DNA of 64,000 nt from Eledone cirrhosa (lineage: Eukaryota): NCBI GenBank assembly GCA_964016885.1, contig OZ024743.1, forward strand, positions 306,652,001 to 306,716,000. The letters are read 5' to 3'. Below the pieces are notes generated by a model. It saw only the letters and a program-made list of their open reading frames with translations. It did no database searches and had not been told where the DNA came from. Of this stretch, positions 41,089 through 55,874 are shown in pieces (positions within the stretch are counted from its first letter, which is position 1; the number at the start of each line of letters is the position of its first letter). The position numbers and the translations under genes were made by a program.

Positions 41089-42572
41089 CTGTTGTCCAAG
41101 TGGATGATGATGATGGTGATGATGGTTGTGCTGGTGGGGGTGCTGATTGTTGCTGCTACCGTTGATGCTGTTGTGATTGTTGTTGTGTGTGTTCGAATTT
41201 GTGTGATTTTGATGTGAATGCATGTGAAACTGTGGGTTCATATGTGAGAAAGACAGGGCTGCCGTTGTGGGTGAGTGATGGAGAGCAAGACCACCAAGTA
41301 ACCCACCTAAACTAGACCGGCTGACTACACTCGGCGGTCCAACCATGCTAACTCGTATCAAATCCCCGCTTGCACCGTTCGTACTATCGACCGCTGGGGG
41401 CGCAACACCGAAACCAGGATTACTGATGTTAGCAACATTGCCGAGACCAAGGTTGCTTCTACTTGATATATTCCCATGCCCATCCCTTCCTCCAATGCCA
41501 TGGAGGGTCGTGCTGGTGCGGTGAAGATTCTCAAGACCTGTCCTAAACGGGTAAGCCGGAAGTTCGCGCTGAGTGAAAAAAGCCGAGTTAGTTAAATGCG
41601 GCAGATGATGTGGATGGTGTTGGTGATGGAGGTGATGTTGTTGGTGTGACTGAAGATGATGTTGCTGTTGGTACTGATGTTGCTGTTGTTGATGTTGTTG
41701 CTGCTGTTGGTGGTGAAGCAGTAGTTGGTGTTGCTGGTGTTGCAAATGATGGAGTAATGAGCTTGGATGTGGGTGTGAAATACGTCTATAGCTCTCGTCA
41801 GAATGGGGGTTGCCGTCGCCGCCGCCTTCATCCCCTGTAGTCGGTGATGGTGGAGAGGACAGGATTGGGGGTGAGGGTGGGCTCTGAATGATGACATTTT
41901 CAGTGGGAGACGAGGGGTTGGAAGAAGTGGAGATGGAAACTGAGGAAGAATTTGGGGCGGGAAAATTGTCTTTACGGTAGATTTTCGATTCGTGATGGCA
42001 ATTCAAAATGGCGTCATTGTAAATAGCCTCGTTCTCGTCTCTCCGGTGACTGTAATTTAGATGTTCTCTGTCCTCATGTTTATTGTTATTACAAATATTG
42101 TTGATGTCGGAGTTTAGGTAAGACTTCGACTTGAAAGTTTGTGAGTTCGAATTTCGGAAGCATTCCTGCTCTTCTTGCTCTTCTTCTCTTGTTTGTTGTT
42201 GTTGTTGTTGCTGCTGCTGTTCTTTTCCTTCTTCTTCTTCTTCTTCTTCATCTTCTTCTTCTTCTTCTGCTCCTTCTTTCTGCTGCTCTTGTTGTTCTTC
42301 TGATTGTTGCTGTCGTTTTTGCTCTTCGTCTTCTTCACTTCTTTCTTTTTCTTCTCGTAGGTGAAGATGAGAATGAGCATAATGATGATACTGTTGTTGC
42401 TGCTGATGATGATGCTGGTTGTGATGGTGATGATGATGGTGGTGGTGGTGGTGATGGTGGTGGGTTGGATAATGTTGTTTCAAAGCTGCCTTTGTCAATG
42501 ACGTCTGAACGCCGCCACCGACACTATTATTATTAGTATTATTATTATTATTTTTATTATTATTATTATTAC

Positions 42573-42609
<37 letters not shown>

Positions 42610-43055
42610 GTCCGTGATTTCATCACTGTTGTTGCCGTTGTTATTGTTGTTGTTGCTGTTATTGGTGATGTTGTCACGATTGTTACAGTTGCTATTGCTA
42701 CTGCAAATGCTGTGATCACTGCAGCTGCTACTACTGCTACTACAACTACTACTACTACTATTACAACTACCTACACCACCATCACCACCACCACTACTAC
42801 TACCATCAATAGCACCAATACAACTGCTACTACTGTTACTGCTGCTGTTGCTACTGCTGCTTGAAAGAGGTGTGTGTCCACGAAGGTAGTTGACAACATC
42901 TGCAGAATATGGTTTGATGATAGGGTCGCCATTATTGGGCAACGTTTTTAGAGGACGAGGCCAGGATACGAGATCATCCAGAAGTTTCCGGAACGTGGAG
43001 TGCATGTAGTCCGGGTGGTAATAATTAATCGGTTCTCGTGGATCGAAGTGATAAA
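40581..43055 (-). CDS. sens/GFI1: Gfi1/senseless-like gene, large internal exon (low-complexity region plus two C2H2 fingers)
   Basis: Open 2475 bp exon; [53 protein letters not shown] matches Gfi1 fingers 3-4; acceptor tctttgcag| at 43056/43055; donor ACAG|gtaagt at 40581/40580. Confidence 0.92.
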
Positions 43056-43664
43056 CTGCAAAGACAAAATATGAAAGCATCAATTACTTAAATCGATTTA
43101 TAATCTATGTTATGGAAGATAAGCTCTTCTTATTAGATTATTGTATATATTATTTGATTCTTTGAATTATTTCAATCATTGGGCTGCGGGAATGTTGCAG
43201 GACCAACATGAAGAGAGTTAGACAATCATATCGACCCCAGGACATTTTTTACAAATCTGGTACTTGTTTTATTGATCCCTTTTCGTCGAATCGCTCTGTA
43301 ACGGAACATGACTTTGTTTCAATATTATTGTGGATGAATGTGACAAGAATGGCCCGCATACATTGGCCACTTTTAGAATGTGCCTGTAGGTTTGTTTACT
43401 TGAAGAGGAGAGGGATACCCTTCCCGAGGGGCCCTCAAAACGTCGGGCGTTTCAGGATTGGTAGGATACCTGAGTCGCCTCTGGCTGGTTCAGCCCCTAT
43501 TAGTGAATTTATTTTGTTATATTTTTATATATATTTTATTTTTATATTTTTTCATTGTTAAATTGGTATTATTGTGTATTTTCACTCAATTTTATAACCC
43601 CTCACTGTCCCTGTCTTTGTATTGTCCCCTATATGTCGACCCATGTGGCCAATAAATGAAATCA

Positions 43665-43809
43665 TTCATAGAGTTACGGCCCTTGCCATTCTGAGTTCAA
43701 ATCCCACCGAGGGTAACTTTGCCTTTCATCCTTACGGGGTCGATAAAATAAAGTACCAGTAATGTACTGGGTAATTTGCTGGCCTTGAGCCAATAGTAGA
43801 AACAATTAT
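43665..43809 (+). mobile_element. Family-A SINE, 5'-truncated
   Basis: B-box and core motif. Confidence 0.8.
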
Positions 43810-43947
43810 AGTATATATTTATAAAGAGAGAGAGATTGAGAGAGAGATAGGGGGGGTGGTAGATATTGCTACTGCACATTGACCTGACAGTCTGCGTGGT
43901 ATGGTAGAATGTAACACACACAACTCCCTCTCGCCCTCTCTCTCTCT

Positions 43948-44007
<60 letters not shown>

Positions 44008-44117
44008 ATATATATATATATATTTACATACAAACACATCTATATATCTGTGTGTGTGTGTGTGTATGTGTGCGTGTGTGTGTATAGGGAGTGAAATGAG
44101 AGAGAGAGATGGATAGG

Positions 44118-44169
<52 letters not shown>

Positions 44170-44208
44170 GTGAGTGAGAGAGTGATAGAAAGATGTCTTT
44201 AGGAAGAG

Positions 44209-44361
<153 letters not shown>

Positions 44362-44809
44362 AAGTGTGAGAGAGAGTGAGAGAGAGAGAGATGTGTATTT
44401 ATGTGTGTAAGAAGAGGGAGAGAGGTGGGTGAGTGGACGTGAGAAAGAGGGGGAGATAGAATAACAGTGATAAAGAAGAGGAGAGAAGGTGAGGTGGAGA
44501 TATTGCTATTGCACGTTGACCTGACAGTATGCCAGGCAATGGTAGAATGTAACAGTTCCGCCTGCATGAATTCTCACCTCGAGACACCTATTTGTTCCCA
44601 TACAGCGCATGTGCAAACGGGCTGAAATGTCATCACTGCACGGTTCACTTCATACACACACACACATATATATGTGTGTGTGTGTGCGTACGTGTGTGTG
44701 CATGCGTGTGTGTGCATGCGTGTGTGTGTAGATAGATATAGATAGATATATTCATATAAAAGCACACCGACACAGACACTCACACACACACACACACACA
44801 CACACACAA

Positions 44810-44866
<57 letters not shown>

Positions 44867-45037
44867 ACACACACACACACACACACACAGACACACACAC
44901 ACACACACACATACATATATATATATATGCATGAAATCGGTTGGCGTCACAGTCGGGATTTTACTATATATATATATTTACATTAAAAACAACAGAATGC
45001 TGACTGGAAACTTTCTTTAGAATATTAATTCCGCGAA

Positions 45038-45113
45038 AACACTATACATATTTCGATGGTCCAGGTTCATCATCCGATCATGATGCTAGACTTAGGAGAT
45101 ATCATCAGGTGTT
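45038..45113 (-). ncRNA. Type-I hammerhead with an extended stem II region
   Basis: Reverse complement AACAC-CTGATGA-(about 47 nt)-GAAA-TATGTA-TA-GTGTT; further pairing TAATTCTGC/GCGGAATTA outside stem I. Confidence 0.68.
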
Positions 45114-45644
45114 AATTGCAGAATTATTTTCATAAGATAACAGAATTACGGCGTTATAGTAACGGCAAACCATTCCCAAATCGCTCCTCTATTTTCTAGC
45201 TTCTATTCTCTGTATACATAGAAAATAGGGAACCTATTTGATTCGGGGATAGCCTGCCAATTCAGTATAATACTGAATTGGTGGGGAAAGGATAAGGAGA
45301 ACTGTCTCTGGGGTAGAGATGCCATGGCTATAAGAAAGAAGATCGATGGATCAAAGGACAAGGATGACATTAAGGACTGGTGTGGTATGACCCTGGCAAC
45401 CAAGGTGTAACGATGGCAACCACTGTTAGGTGTGTACAAGATCGGTTTCAATGGAAAAGGCTATGTGAAGCCATCGACACCAACGGGTTGGACGATACCG
45501 ATTGACATTAAGAAGTTAACTGAAGATTACCTTTTCTCTGTCATCTAACAACTACCCCTTCTAGGCGTATTTAACCATCATTCGCAACTGTTGACAGTTT
45601 GGAGAAGTTCTCAGCAAATAGTGTATATAGACCCTTGATAAACT

Positions 45645-46022
45645 AATAATTGTTTCTACTCTTGGCACAAGGCCAGCAATTATCCCAGGTACTTTATTTT
45701 ATCGACCTCGTAAGGATGAAAAGCAAAGTTAAGCTCGGCGGGATTTGAACTCAGACCATAAAGGGATATAACTCTATGCTGGAAAGTATGGCATCCGACC
45801 CTCTACCGATACTGCCAATCCACCTTGCTAAACTAATAATTGTTTCTACTTTTGGCACAAGGCCAGCAATTACCAAGTGCATTACTGGTACTTTATTTTA
45901 GCGACCCCGTAAGGATGAAAGGCAAAGTTAACTTCGGCAGGATTTGAACTCAGAATGGAAAGGGCCGTAACGCTATGTGTCAAAGCACGGCGTCCGACCC
46001 TCTACCGATACTGCCAATCCCT
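45645..46022 (-). mobile_element. Tandem pair of family-A SINEs
   Basis: Two full copies separated and flanked by TAAACTAATAAT repeats. Confidence 0.85.
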
Positions 46023-46164
46023 CTACCGTGCTAAACTAATAATAGGCTGATGCCAGATGTTAAAAGTGTGTTTCCAAATATGGTAAAAGGCCCAAGCTTC
46101 TATTTCTTCGCTTGGGTAAAATTTCCCCCCAGTGAACCAGGCACTTCCTGTTTGAGAAACACAC

Positions 46165-46822
46165 TTTCATACACAGGCCTCATGTAGCTACACCGAACAC
46201 AGTATCTATGTAGCAACACCATACACAGTTCACATGTAGTAACACTATCCACAGTCCCCATGTAGCTACTCCATACACAGTCTACATGTAGCAACAACAT
46301 ACACAGTTCACGTGTAGCAACACCATACTCAGTTCACATGTAGCAACACCATACACACTCCACGTGTATCAACACAATACACGATCCATATGTAGCCACA
46401 TATTTCACAGTGCACATGTAATTATACCGTACACAGTCCACATGTAGCTATACTGTACACAGTTAACATGTAGCTACGAGATACACGGTTAACATGTAGA
46501 AAACACCATACACAGTTCACATGTAGCTGCACTATACACTGTCAACAGGAAGCAACACCGTACACAGATCACATGTAGAAGCACCATCTACAGTCCCCGT
46601 GTAGCCAACGATTCACAGTCCACGTGTAGCTACACCATAGACAGTCTACACGAAGCAACACCACAGTTCACATGTAGCAACGCCATACACAATCTACATG
46701 TAGCAACAACATACAGTTCACATGTACCTACACCATACATGTTTCACATGTAACACCACTGTCAACAGTTCACATGTAGCAACACCGTACACAGTTCACA
46801 TGTAACTATAACAATGGCCGTA
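46165..46822. repeat. About 26 bp minisatellite
   Basis: Unit approximately ACATGTAGCAACACCATACACAGTTC. Confidence 0.9.
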
Positions 46823-47089
46823 CACTACCTCATCAGAACCATCTCACATAACAGTTAATATTGATTATTTATAACTAGTGAAAACAGATCATAATTGACT
46901 CATTTCTCGCTCATTTACCAGAAAGTTATGAGATTTTCACTGTGGCTGGTGATTTATTTACAATAAAATCAAACTTATACACGAAGCACATGAAAACTGC
47001 CACAAACACACACATATGCACTCACACACACACACATAAACACGTATATATATATACATATATACATACACACACACACACATATATAT

Positions 47090-47125
<36 letters not shown>

Positions 47126-47128
<3 letters not shown>

Positions 47129-47293
47129 ACGAAGGAAGTGTGGTAAGTAACCAGGTAGACCATAACGCCTCAGAGTACTCAATACTTAGGGTAGTAGAGT
47201 GGGTAATAGGAAATGTTCAAGACACCGACTCAGTCCAGAAATAGCCGTCGAAACGGCTTGATCTCTGTCGTCGGGGTCTTGAACATTTTCCTA
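47126..47293. mobile_element. (TA)n-flanked Penelope-terminus-like short element with a fold-back; family also at 58383-58530, 58566-58752, about 59240-59380 and 63105-63230
   Basis: Shared ACGAAGGA..GTGGTAAG..GACCATAAC..AGTACTCAATACTT.GGGTAGTAGAGTGGGTAATAGG and a hammerhead 3' half GAAACGGC...GTCGGGGTC. Confidence 0.8.
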
Positions 47294-47412
47294 TGTATAT
47301 ATATATATATAAACATTCATTTTATTAAAGCTAAATAGTGAGTCCTCTTACTCTGAGTCCCTTCCTCTTCTCACTCTCTATCTTTCTATTTCATTTTATA
47401 TTCCTCATTCTA

Positions 47413-47448
47413 TCTTCTGATGACGAACTAGTGTCCGAAACGTAAAGA
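47413..47448 (+). ncRNA. Minimal hammerhead with a stem II mismatch
   Basis: TCTT-CTGATGA-CGAACTAGTGTCC-GAAA-CG-TA-AAGA. Confidence 0.6.
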
Positions 47449-48111
47449 CTTTTTTCTTACTATCAAGCGTTAAACTAATATATTTCTTCATTGTACTGTG
47501 TTGTTTGGTTTTTTTTTGTTTCCGTTTACTTTTTTTATTTATATAAATAAATAAATATATATATATATGTGTGTGTGTTTGTTTGTGCGGGTGTGCGTGT
47601 GTGCGTGTATTTGTGTGTGTGTGTCTGTACGCGTATCATCTACACATACATACAACTACAATTATATTTGCGTGGATACGTGTATACATGTGTGTGTATA
47701 ATTGTACATAACAACTGTGCACATTCAGACACAATAAACACAATAAATATAGAAATGAAATCAAAACCATATAAATAAGAAGCAAGCAAAAGTAAGGGCG
47801 GTCAGTAAAGAAATGGAAGAGCCAGACGACAACCGTAAATTTCCCGCCAGAGAATTTGCTGACCAACAGCAGTAAGGCAGCCGCCATTGCGACGTACCCA
47901 ACTGGGAACTGAACATAGTGCAATCTAGAAATAACTTCTAATAACTATAGAATATTCCAGCGAAATTAAAATAATCACGAAGAATATAAATTATTAGAAC
48001 CACTTAAATCCTAATGTATGTTTATATTCTCTGATCTCTTCTGCGCTTGTGCATTCTGATTCTGTCTTTCTGTCTCTCTTGTTGTTCATATATATATATA
48101 CATAGATAAAT

Positions 48112-48153
<42 letters not shown>

Positions 48154-48190
48154 ACACACACATACACACACATACATATATATATATACT

Positions 48191-48222
<32 letters not shown>

Positions 48223-48884
48223 TGGGATTCAACCTCAGAACTTTATATATATATTTATGTATATATATATATATATTTGTATGTATATATTTTGGTGGGG
48301 GTCTCCCCCCCCTCTCTCTCTCTCTTGTTCTGTCTGTCTCTCTCTCTCATTCTGTCTCTCTCTCTCGTTCTCTCTCTCTCTCTCTTTCTTTCTCATGCAC
48401 TCTCCCCCTCTCTCCCATTCTCTTTCCCCCTCTCTCTTTCACTCTTTCATTGGATTTCTTTTATTCGCTCTGTGTAAATATGTAGAGCCCTATATGCACG
48501 CATGTGTGTCTATTAATGTATATACAAATGAGATACACGAACACAGATGTACATGTATGTACATATTAATACATGCATGCATGTTTACATAGATATGTAC
48601 ATGCATGCAAACATACATACATACATACACACACATACAAACACATACAAACACACACACACACATTCATATATACATACATACATACATACACACACAT
48701 ACAAACACACACACACATACATACATACATACATACACATACATACATACATACATACATACATACATACATACATACATACATACATACATACATACAA
48801 TTGATCATAAATAAATAAATATGTATATATGTTTGACTGTAAGTATATATATTGACTGTAAGTATATATATGTTTGACTGTAAG

Positions 48885-48954
<70 letters not shown>

Positions 48955-49049
48955 TATCTAGTTGTATGTTCATGTGTAAATGACTATATATGCATATACC
49001 TGTCTTAACTAGCAAGCTTATTTTTCTTTTTCGTCATCTATTTACATGT

Positions 49050-49051
49050 CA

Positions 49052-49085
<34 letters not shown>

Positions 49086-49120
49086 TTTCTCCCTCTCTCT
49101 CTCTCTGTCTCCCTCTCTGC

Positions 49121-49155
<35 letters not shown>

Positions 49156-49560
49156 CATACCTATCTATCTCTCTATCTCTCTATCTCTCTATCCATCTAT
49201 CTATCTAACCATCTATCTATCTGCCTATCTATTTATCTATCTATCTGTTTCTTTCTCCCATCTTCCGATCTCTCTATTTAAACATTTCTTCATTCTCACT
49301 ATCTCTCTCTCTATCTCTCACTCTCTATCTCTCACTCTCTATCTCTCACTCTCTATCTCTCACTCTCTATCTCTCACTTTCTATCACTCACTTTCTATCA
49401 CTCTCTATCTCTCACTCTCTATCTCTCTCTATCTCTCACTTTCTACCTCTCTCTATCTCTCATTCTATATCTCTCACTTTCTATCACTCTCTATCTCTCT
49501 CTATCTCTCACTTTCTACTTCTCTCTATCTCACTCTCTATCTCTCACTCGCACACATCTC
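49050..49560. repeat. Compound (CT)/(ATCT)/(CTCTAT) microsatellite
   Basis: Direct reading. Confidence 0.9.
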
Positions 49561-49979
49561 TTACTCTTTCCTCTCTACTCACATTTTAACATAACAAATA
49601 AATACAAAACAAGCAAACCAACAAACAGACAAACAAAACATTTTTAAAAAGCTCAAAATGGGAGAATATGGCGAAAAGAGTGTGTTATGAAGATTATCAT
49701 CCATTTAACGTAAACGTCCGTGTTGGTAGGACATTGGCTATAGTCCCAGGAGAGCTGTACCTCATTCTGACTTGAGGAGAGGGAGGGGCATATGAGATTG
49801 GTAAGGTTGATATATAGCTAAAAGGTTGAGAGCACAGGAGAGCAAGATATAAGCTCCTGACACGCCAGGGTCTTACTACGCGTTTTATTCACTACGACGA
49901 TGCGATCTCAATTCACTTATGGTGTTAATACAATTGGTAAAGGCATGCCGGTCATAGTATCCAATTCCCCGCCGTCTCA

Positions 49980-50099
<120 letters not shown>

Positions 50100-50332
50100 C
50101 CCCCATCTCTCTCTCTCCTAAGAGATAAAGGCATTTATGACTATAGAGGAAATATAACTAAGCTTCTCAAAGAATGGTATAGCTGTGTGGTTAAAGAGAT
50201 CCTTTCGCAACCACGTGGCTTCGAGTTCAGTTCCACTATGTGACACCTTGAGCAAGTGTCTTTTACTACTATACATTTCGTTTGACCAATTCAGAGGAAT
50301 TTAGTTCATGGAAATTTCATACAAGCCCGTCG

Positions 50333-50371
<39 letters not shown>

Positions 50372-50427
50372 TTCGTTTCTGAATTTGTTTAGCTAGATTC
50401 TTTATATATATATATGTTTATATATAT

Positions 50428-50465
<38 letters not shown>

Positions 50466-50744
50466 ATATATATTATATATATATACATATATGTATATAT
50501 ATATATATGTATATACATATATATATATATATACATACATATATATGTATACATATATATATACATTTATGTATATATATATATATGTATATACATATAT
50601 ATATATATATACATACATATATATGTATACATATATATATATACATATATGTGTGTATGTATCTGTCGGTGTGTGTTTGTGTCTGTTTTTACATTTACTG
50701 TTTGTTTATGTCGTAAAACAAAATCAGTACGAAAAAGAAAAACA

Positions 50745-51020
50745 TCAATAACAATAAAAACAACATTATCAACAACAACAGCAATAATAACAATACTATC
50801 AACAACAACAACAATAAAAACAACATTATCAACAACAACAGCAATAATAAAAATACTATCAACAACAACAACAACAATAAAAACAACATTATCAACAACT
50901 ACAACAATAATAACAATACCATCAACAACAACAACAATAAAAACAACATTATCAACAACAACAACAATAAGAACATGTATCAGCATGAACAATAACAACA
51001 ACAAAAGCGACAATAATAAG
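50745..51020. repeat. (ACA)-rich minisatellite
   Basis: Recurrent ACAATAAAAACAACATTATCAACAACAACA. Confidence 0.85.
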
Positions 51021-51549
51021 GATTTCTGAATTAGACACAAGGCCAACAATTTTTTTTTTTTTAGGGGAAAGTCCATTGCATCGACACCAGTGCGTTTCTA
51101 GTACTTTATTTTATCGACCCCGTAAGGGATTTGACATAGGAACGGATAAGATCGCAGTGGTAGCAGCAAGGGAGCTGTCTTCTGTTGAGGGCAGAAAGCT
51201 CTCAAGTGGTCAGTTTCTTCCCACGCAACTCCATCTTGTTATCTGGTTTGATGTGGAGGAGCTCCTCCACCCTGATCCCAGGCGAGTTTTCTCGATGGGT
51301 CCGTTTCACCTCCAGGAGTGTGTTGCTTCCTTCTAGGACGATGCAGGCCAATATCAACCAGATATTCACCTCGGGTAGCATCCTTGGAATCTTGACCCTT
51401 ACCGTCATTCTACCTAAATAATATCGCTCCGATACGGTAGCACGGAGTGTTTGACAGTCAGCGCTTCCATCTTAAAGACCACTGAAATACCCGCAAACAG
51501 CATGGACCATAAAGTATTAAAAAAAAAAAATTAGAAACAAGTACTTCAT

Positions 51550-51740
51550 GCGGTGGATTGGCAGTATTAGTAGAGGGTCGCACGCCATGCTTTGCAGCAT
51601 AGAGTTACGTCCCTTTATGGCCTGAGTTCAAATCCCACCGAGGTTAACTTTGCCTTTCATCCTTAAGAGGTCAATAAAATAAAGTAACAGTAACGCACTG
51701 GGGTAACTACTGGCCTTGTGCCAAAAGTAGAAACAATTAT
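51550..51740 (+). mobile_element. Family-A SINE
   Basis: Full head, core and tail. Confidence 0.85.
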
Positions 51741-52346
51741 TTCCTTCAGTGCTATTAGTATGTCGATTTGATTCGCTGTCTCTGGCCGACTTTTACTTCT
51801 GTTATACTTTTTGTTGTTGTAGTGTTGGTGTTGATGGTGGTAATTCTGTTGGTGATGGTAATTGTGGTAGCAGTGTTCGTTGTAGCGCTGTTCTTATTTC
51901 TTGTTTTATTTTGTATTTCTTCTGATGGTGAAAGAGGTGTTGAATTTTTTAAATGTAAGAAATTTATTTCATAATTAACCCGCGCAACGTTGTTGTTGCT
52001 GTCGATGATTTTGCAGCTGCTGTTATTGTTTATTTTTTAATTTTGGCTTTTCCATCCTTTGTACAATCGGCTGTTCTGTCTTGCGGACGTAAAATCGTTG
52101 TCCGCCATCTTAATGTTAAAACAATTGAGGAGCGTGTTTGGAAAACGAACACAGATTCAGACCCTAAGGGCTACAGGTGGAGAAAAACTAACCAGGTAAT
52201 GAAGTAGTCTGGTCAGTTTAATAAAATAATATAAAATGTTCAACAAAATACTTTGGATAACAATGGGAATAACTCTAAAACTTACGAGAGCGATCTGTAA
52301 CACGTGCCGATAGACGGACAAACAAAATAATAATAATAACAATAAT

Positions 52347-52535
52347 GATTGTTTCTACTTTTGGCACAAGGCCAACAATTACCCAGTGCATTACTGGTGC
52401 TTTATTTTATCGACCCCGTAAGGATGAAAGGCAAAGTTAACCTCGGCGGGTTTGGAACTCAGACCGTAAAAAGCCATAACTCTATACTGCAAAGCATGGC
52501 GTCCGACCTTCTACCGATTCTGCCAATCCACCACC
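52347..52535 (-). mobile_element. Family-A SINE; further minus-strand copies at about 52995-53215, 53838-53955, 54357-54460, 54826-55013 and 55625-55845
   Basis: Reverse complement of head and core. Confidence 0.85.
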
Positions 52536-52607
52536 CTAATAATAATAATGAGAAGAAAAAGAAGAAGAACAACAACAACACAACAACAACAAAAACAACA
52601 ACAACAA

Positions 52608-52659
<52 letters not shown>

Positions 52660-53223
52660 TACAAAAATTATAATGATCCAAAGCGATACCAATAAATGTG
52701 TTAATCCATAACGGAAATATAATGTGTTGTGACCGGAAGTTTGTCTTTGTTAAAATGGTCGCATTTCTTTAACGAGCGAATGTAACGCAATACGCCATTT
52801 TGACATGGTTTAGTTGGGCGTGACGAACAGTCATCAGCCTTCTGACATGAAGTAACACAGTGGACTGTTATGGAGAATTGTGGTGGGTGGGGTAATGGCA
52901 ATGTTGGGTTGGTAAGGGAGAAATATAGGGTGGGGTGTAATAGACACGATGTTGGAAGAAGTAGGTGGAAAAATGAAATCTCGGTCTTTGCTCATAATTG
53001 TTTCTATATTTGGCACAAAGCCAGCAATTTGAAGGGAAAGGGAAAAGTGACTAGATCGACCCCAGTGCATTACTGGTACTTTATTTTATCGCCCCTGTAA
53101 GGATGAAAAGCAAATCTAACCTCGGCGGGATTTGAAATCAGGACGTAAAGGGCCATAACTAAATACTGCAAACCATTTTGTCCGACGCTCTACTGATTCT
53201 GTCAGTCCACTGCCCTTCTGGCG

Positions 53224-53257
53224 GTGGTGATAATAATGATGGTGATAATGGTAATGA

Positions 53258-53336
<79 letters not shown>

Positions 53337-53338
53337 GG

Positions 53339-53402
<64 letters not shown>

Positions 53403-53410
53403 GATGATGA

Positions 53411-53444
<34 letters not shown>

Positions 53445-53449
53445 GGTGG

Positions 53450-53493
<44 letters not shown>

Positions 53494-53506
53494 GTGGTGG
53501 TGGAGG

Positions 53507-53561
<55 letters not shown>

Positions 53562-53840
53562 GGTGGTGATGATGATGATGATGATGGTGGTGGTGATGAA
53601 GGTCTTTGCTAATGATGATGATGATGCTGATGAGGATGATGTCAATGATGATGATGATGACAAAGATGATGTGGATTATGATAATGATGATGATCATGAC
53701 GACGACAAAATCGATGACAAAGTTCTGTAATGATGATGATAACGGTGATGATGATGATGATGACACTTAGACCGTGAGGATAGCAATGATCATGAAGGTG
53801 ATGATAATAATGATGACGCTGACAATGATGATGGTGATAA
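53224..53840. repeat. (GAT)n/(GGT)n trinucleotide array
   Basis: Direct reading; source of the poly-His, poly-Asp and poly-Met ORFs. Confidence 0.95.
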
Positions 53841-53982
53841 TTGTTTCTACTTTTGGCACAAGGCCAGCAATTACCCAGTACATTACTGGTACTTTATTTT
53901 ATCGACCCCGTAAGGATGAAAGGCAAAGTTAACCTCGGTGGGATTTGAACTCAGAAATTGTATGTGCACTTTCCTCACTTGA

Positions 53983-54350
53983 ATGTAGTGTGTGTATGTA
54001 GTGTGTGTATGTATGTATGTAGTGTGTGTATGTGTGTATGGGTGTAGTGTGTCTATGTAGTGTGTGTATGTATGTATGTAGTGTGTGTATATATGTATGT
54101 AGTGTGTGAATGTAGTGTGTGTATGTAGTGTGTGTATGTATGTATGTATGTAGTGTGTGTATGTATGTATGTAGTGTGTGAATGTAGTGTGTGTATGTAG
54201 TGTGTGTATGTATGTATGTAGTGTGTGTATATATGTATGTATGTATGTAGTGTGTGTATGTGTGTATGTATGTATGTGTGTATGTATGTATGTAGTGTGT
54301 GTATGTATGTATGTGTGTATGTATGTATGTGTGTATGTATGTAGTGTGTG
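53983..54350. repeat. (TGTAGTGTGTGTA)/(TGTA) compound repeat
   Basis: Direct reading. Confidence 0.9.
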
Positions 54351-55874
54351 ATGATAATAATTGTTTCTACTTTAGGCACAAGGCTAGCAATTATCCCAGT
54401 GCATTACTGGTACTTTATTTTATCGACCCCGTAAGGATGAAAGGCAAAGTTAACCTCGGCGGTGATGATAATAATGATTATGAATAGGTCAGTCACAACC
54501 CTTTTCATTGGCCCTCCACCACTACCACCACTACCACCACTACCACACCATTCTAAAAGTAGCTACAAAACTGATTTCTAATTTAGGCACAAGGCCAGTA
54601 ATTTGCTTGGGTTTTTTGCGGGAGTGGAGGGGGTGAGGGGGTTATATAGACCCCAGTACTTAACTGTTACTTTATTTCATCACCCCTACAGAGGATGGGG
54701 GTGGGGGATTATACAGACCCCAGTACTTAACTGTTACTTTATTTCATCACCACCACCCACAAGAAGGATGAGAGATAGAGTTGAACTCAGAGTAGACGCT
54801 GAAATATATATCACGCAGCCAAAAAATAATTGTTTCTACTTTTGACACAAAGCCAGCAAATACCCCAGTGTATTACTGGTGCTTTATTTTAACGACCCCG
54901 TAAGGATGAAAGGCAAAGTTAACCTCGGAGGGATTTGAACTCAGACCGTAAAGGGACATAACTCTATGCTGAAAAGCATGGCGTCAGGCCCTCTACCGAT
55001 ACTGCCAATCCACGCAGCCCCAAAATAATGTGTTATACTTAGGCGGTGAATTGGCGGAGTCGTTAGAACGTCGGATAGAATGCTTTATGGTATTCGTTCC
55101 GGCTCTCAACTCTCTGAGTTCAAATCCAGCCAAGGTCAACTTTGCCTTTAATCCTTCCTTTCGAGGTTGACCCATCTAGAACTGGAGTCGATTCTTCCTC
55201 TATATCCCTTTCTTATTTCCTCTCTCTCACTTTCTATCTTTCTCTGGGAGAAATCTGCTGTACTCAGGCCTGGAGAGGGATGGGCTCCGCCAGGCTTAAA
55301 ATGCCCCCAAAACGCTGTCAATACGGCGCCTCTACGACTCTATCAGGAGTTACGGGACCTTACATACATACTTATGACACAAGGCCAACAATTTTTGGGA
55401 GGTGGTGGTAGTGGGGGGGGGGGGCTGGACAGTGAAATATATCAACATCATTAATTCACTGGTAACTTATTTGAATGACCCCCTTAAGAATAAAAGGTAA
55501 AGGCGACACTGGTAAGATTTGAACACAGAAAGAAAATCACTGAAACTACTTCACGGCATTTATTCTGATGCTCTACCGTTTCTACAAATCTCGCATCCTT
55601 AACCCCCCCCCCCCCTCTTCAAATAATGATTTCTAATGTAGGCAGAAGGCCAGCAATTTGTGGGCTTGGTAAAGTCGATGATATTGAGCCCCGTGTGTTA
55701 CTGATACTTTATTTTATCGACATTGAAAGGATGAAAGACAAAGCTAACCCCGGCGAGATTTGAACTCCGAACTTAAAGGGACGTAACTTTGAACTGCAAA
55801 GTATTTTGTTCGACGCTCTACCGATTACTGCCAATCCACCGCCCTTAACCCTACCAAATAATAAAAGTACTTAC

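Noticed and set aside
43056-43083. ORF-track start [10 protein letters not shown] for the 836 aa ORF
   Set aside because: This is the polypyrimidine tract and AG acceptor; the exon starts at 43055.
51125-51500. Possible LINE ORF1/zinc-knuckle fragment on the minus strand
   Set aside because: Only a weak CxxC resemblance; cannot be assigned without a search.
53116-53766. Poly-His, poly-Asp/Gly and poly-Met ORFs
   Set aside because: (GAT/GGT)n trinucleotide repeat between SINEs, with no splice or domain support.
55534-55542. Gfi1-like binding core AAATCACTG (possible autoregulation)
   Set aside because: Lies within a degenerate SINE, and a short motif is expected by chance.
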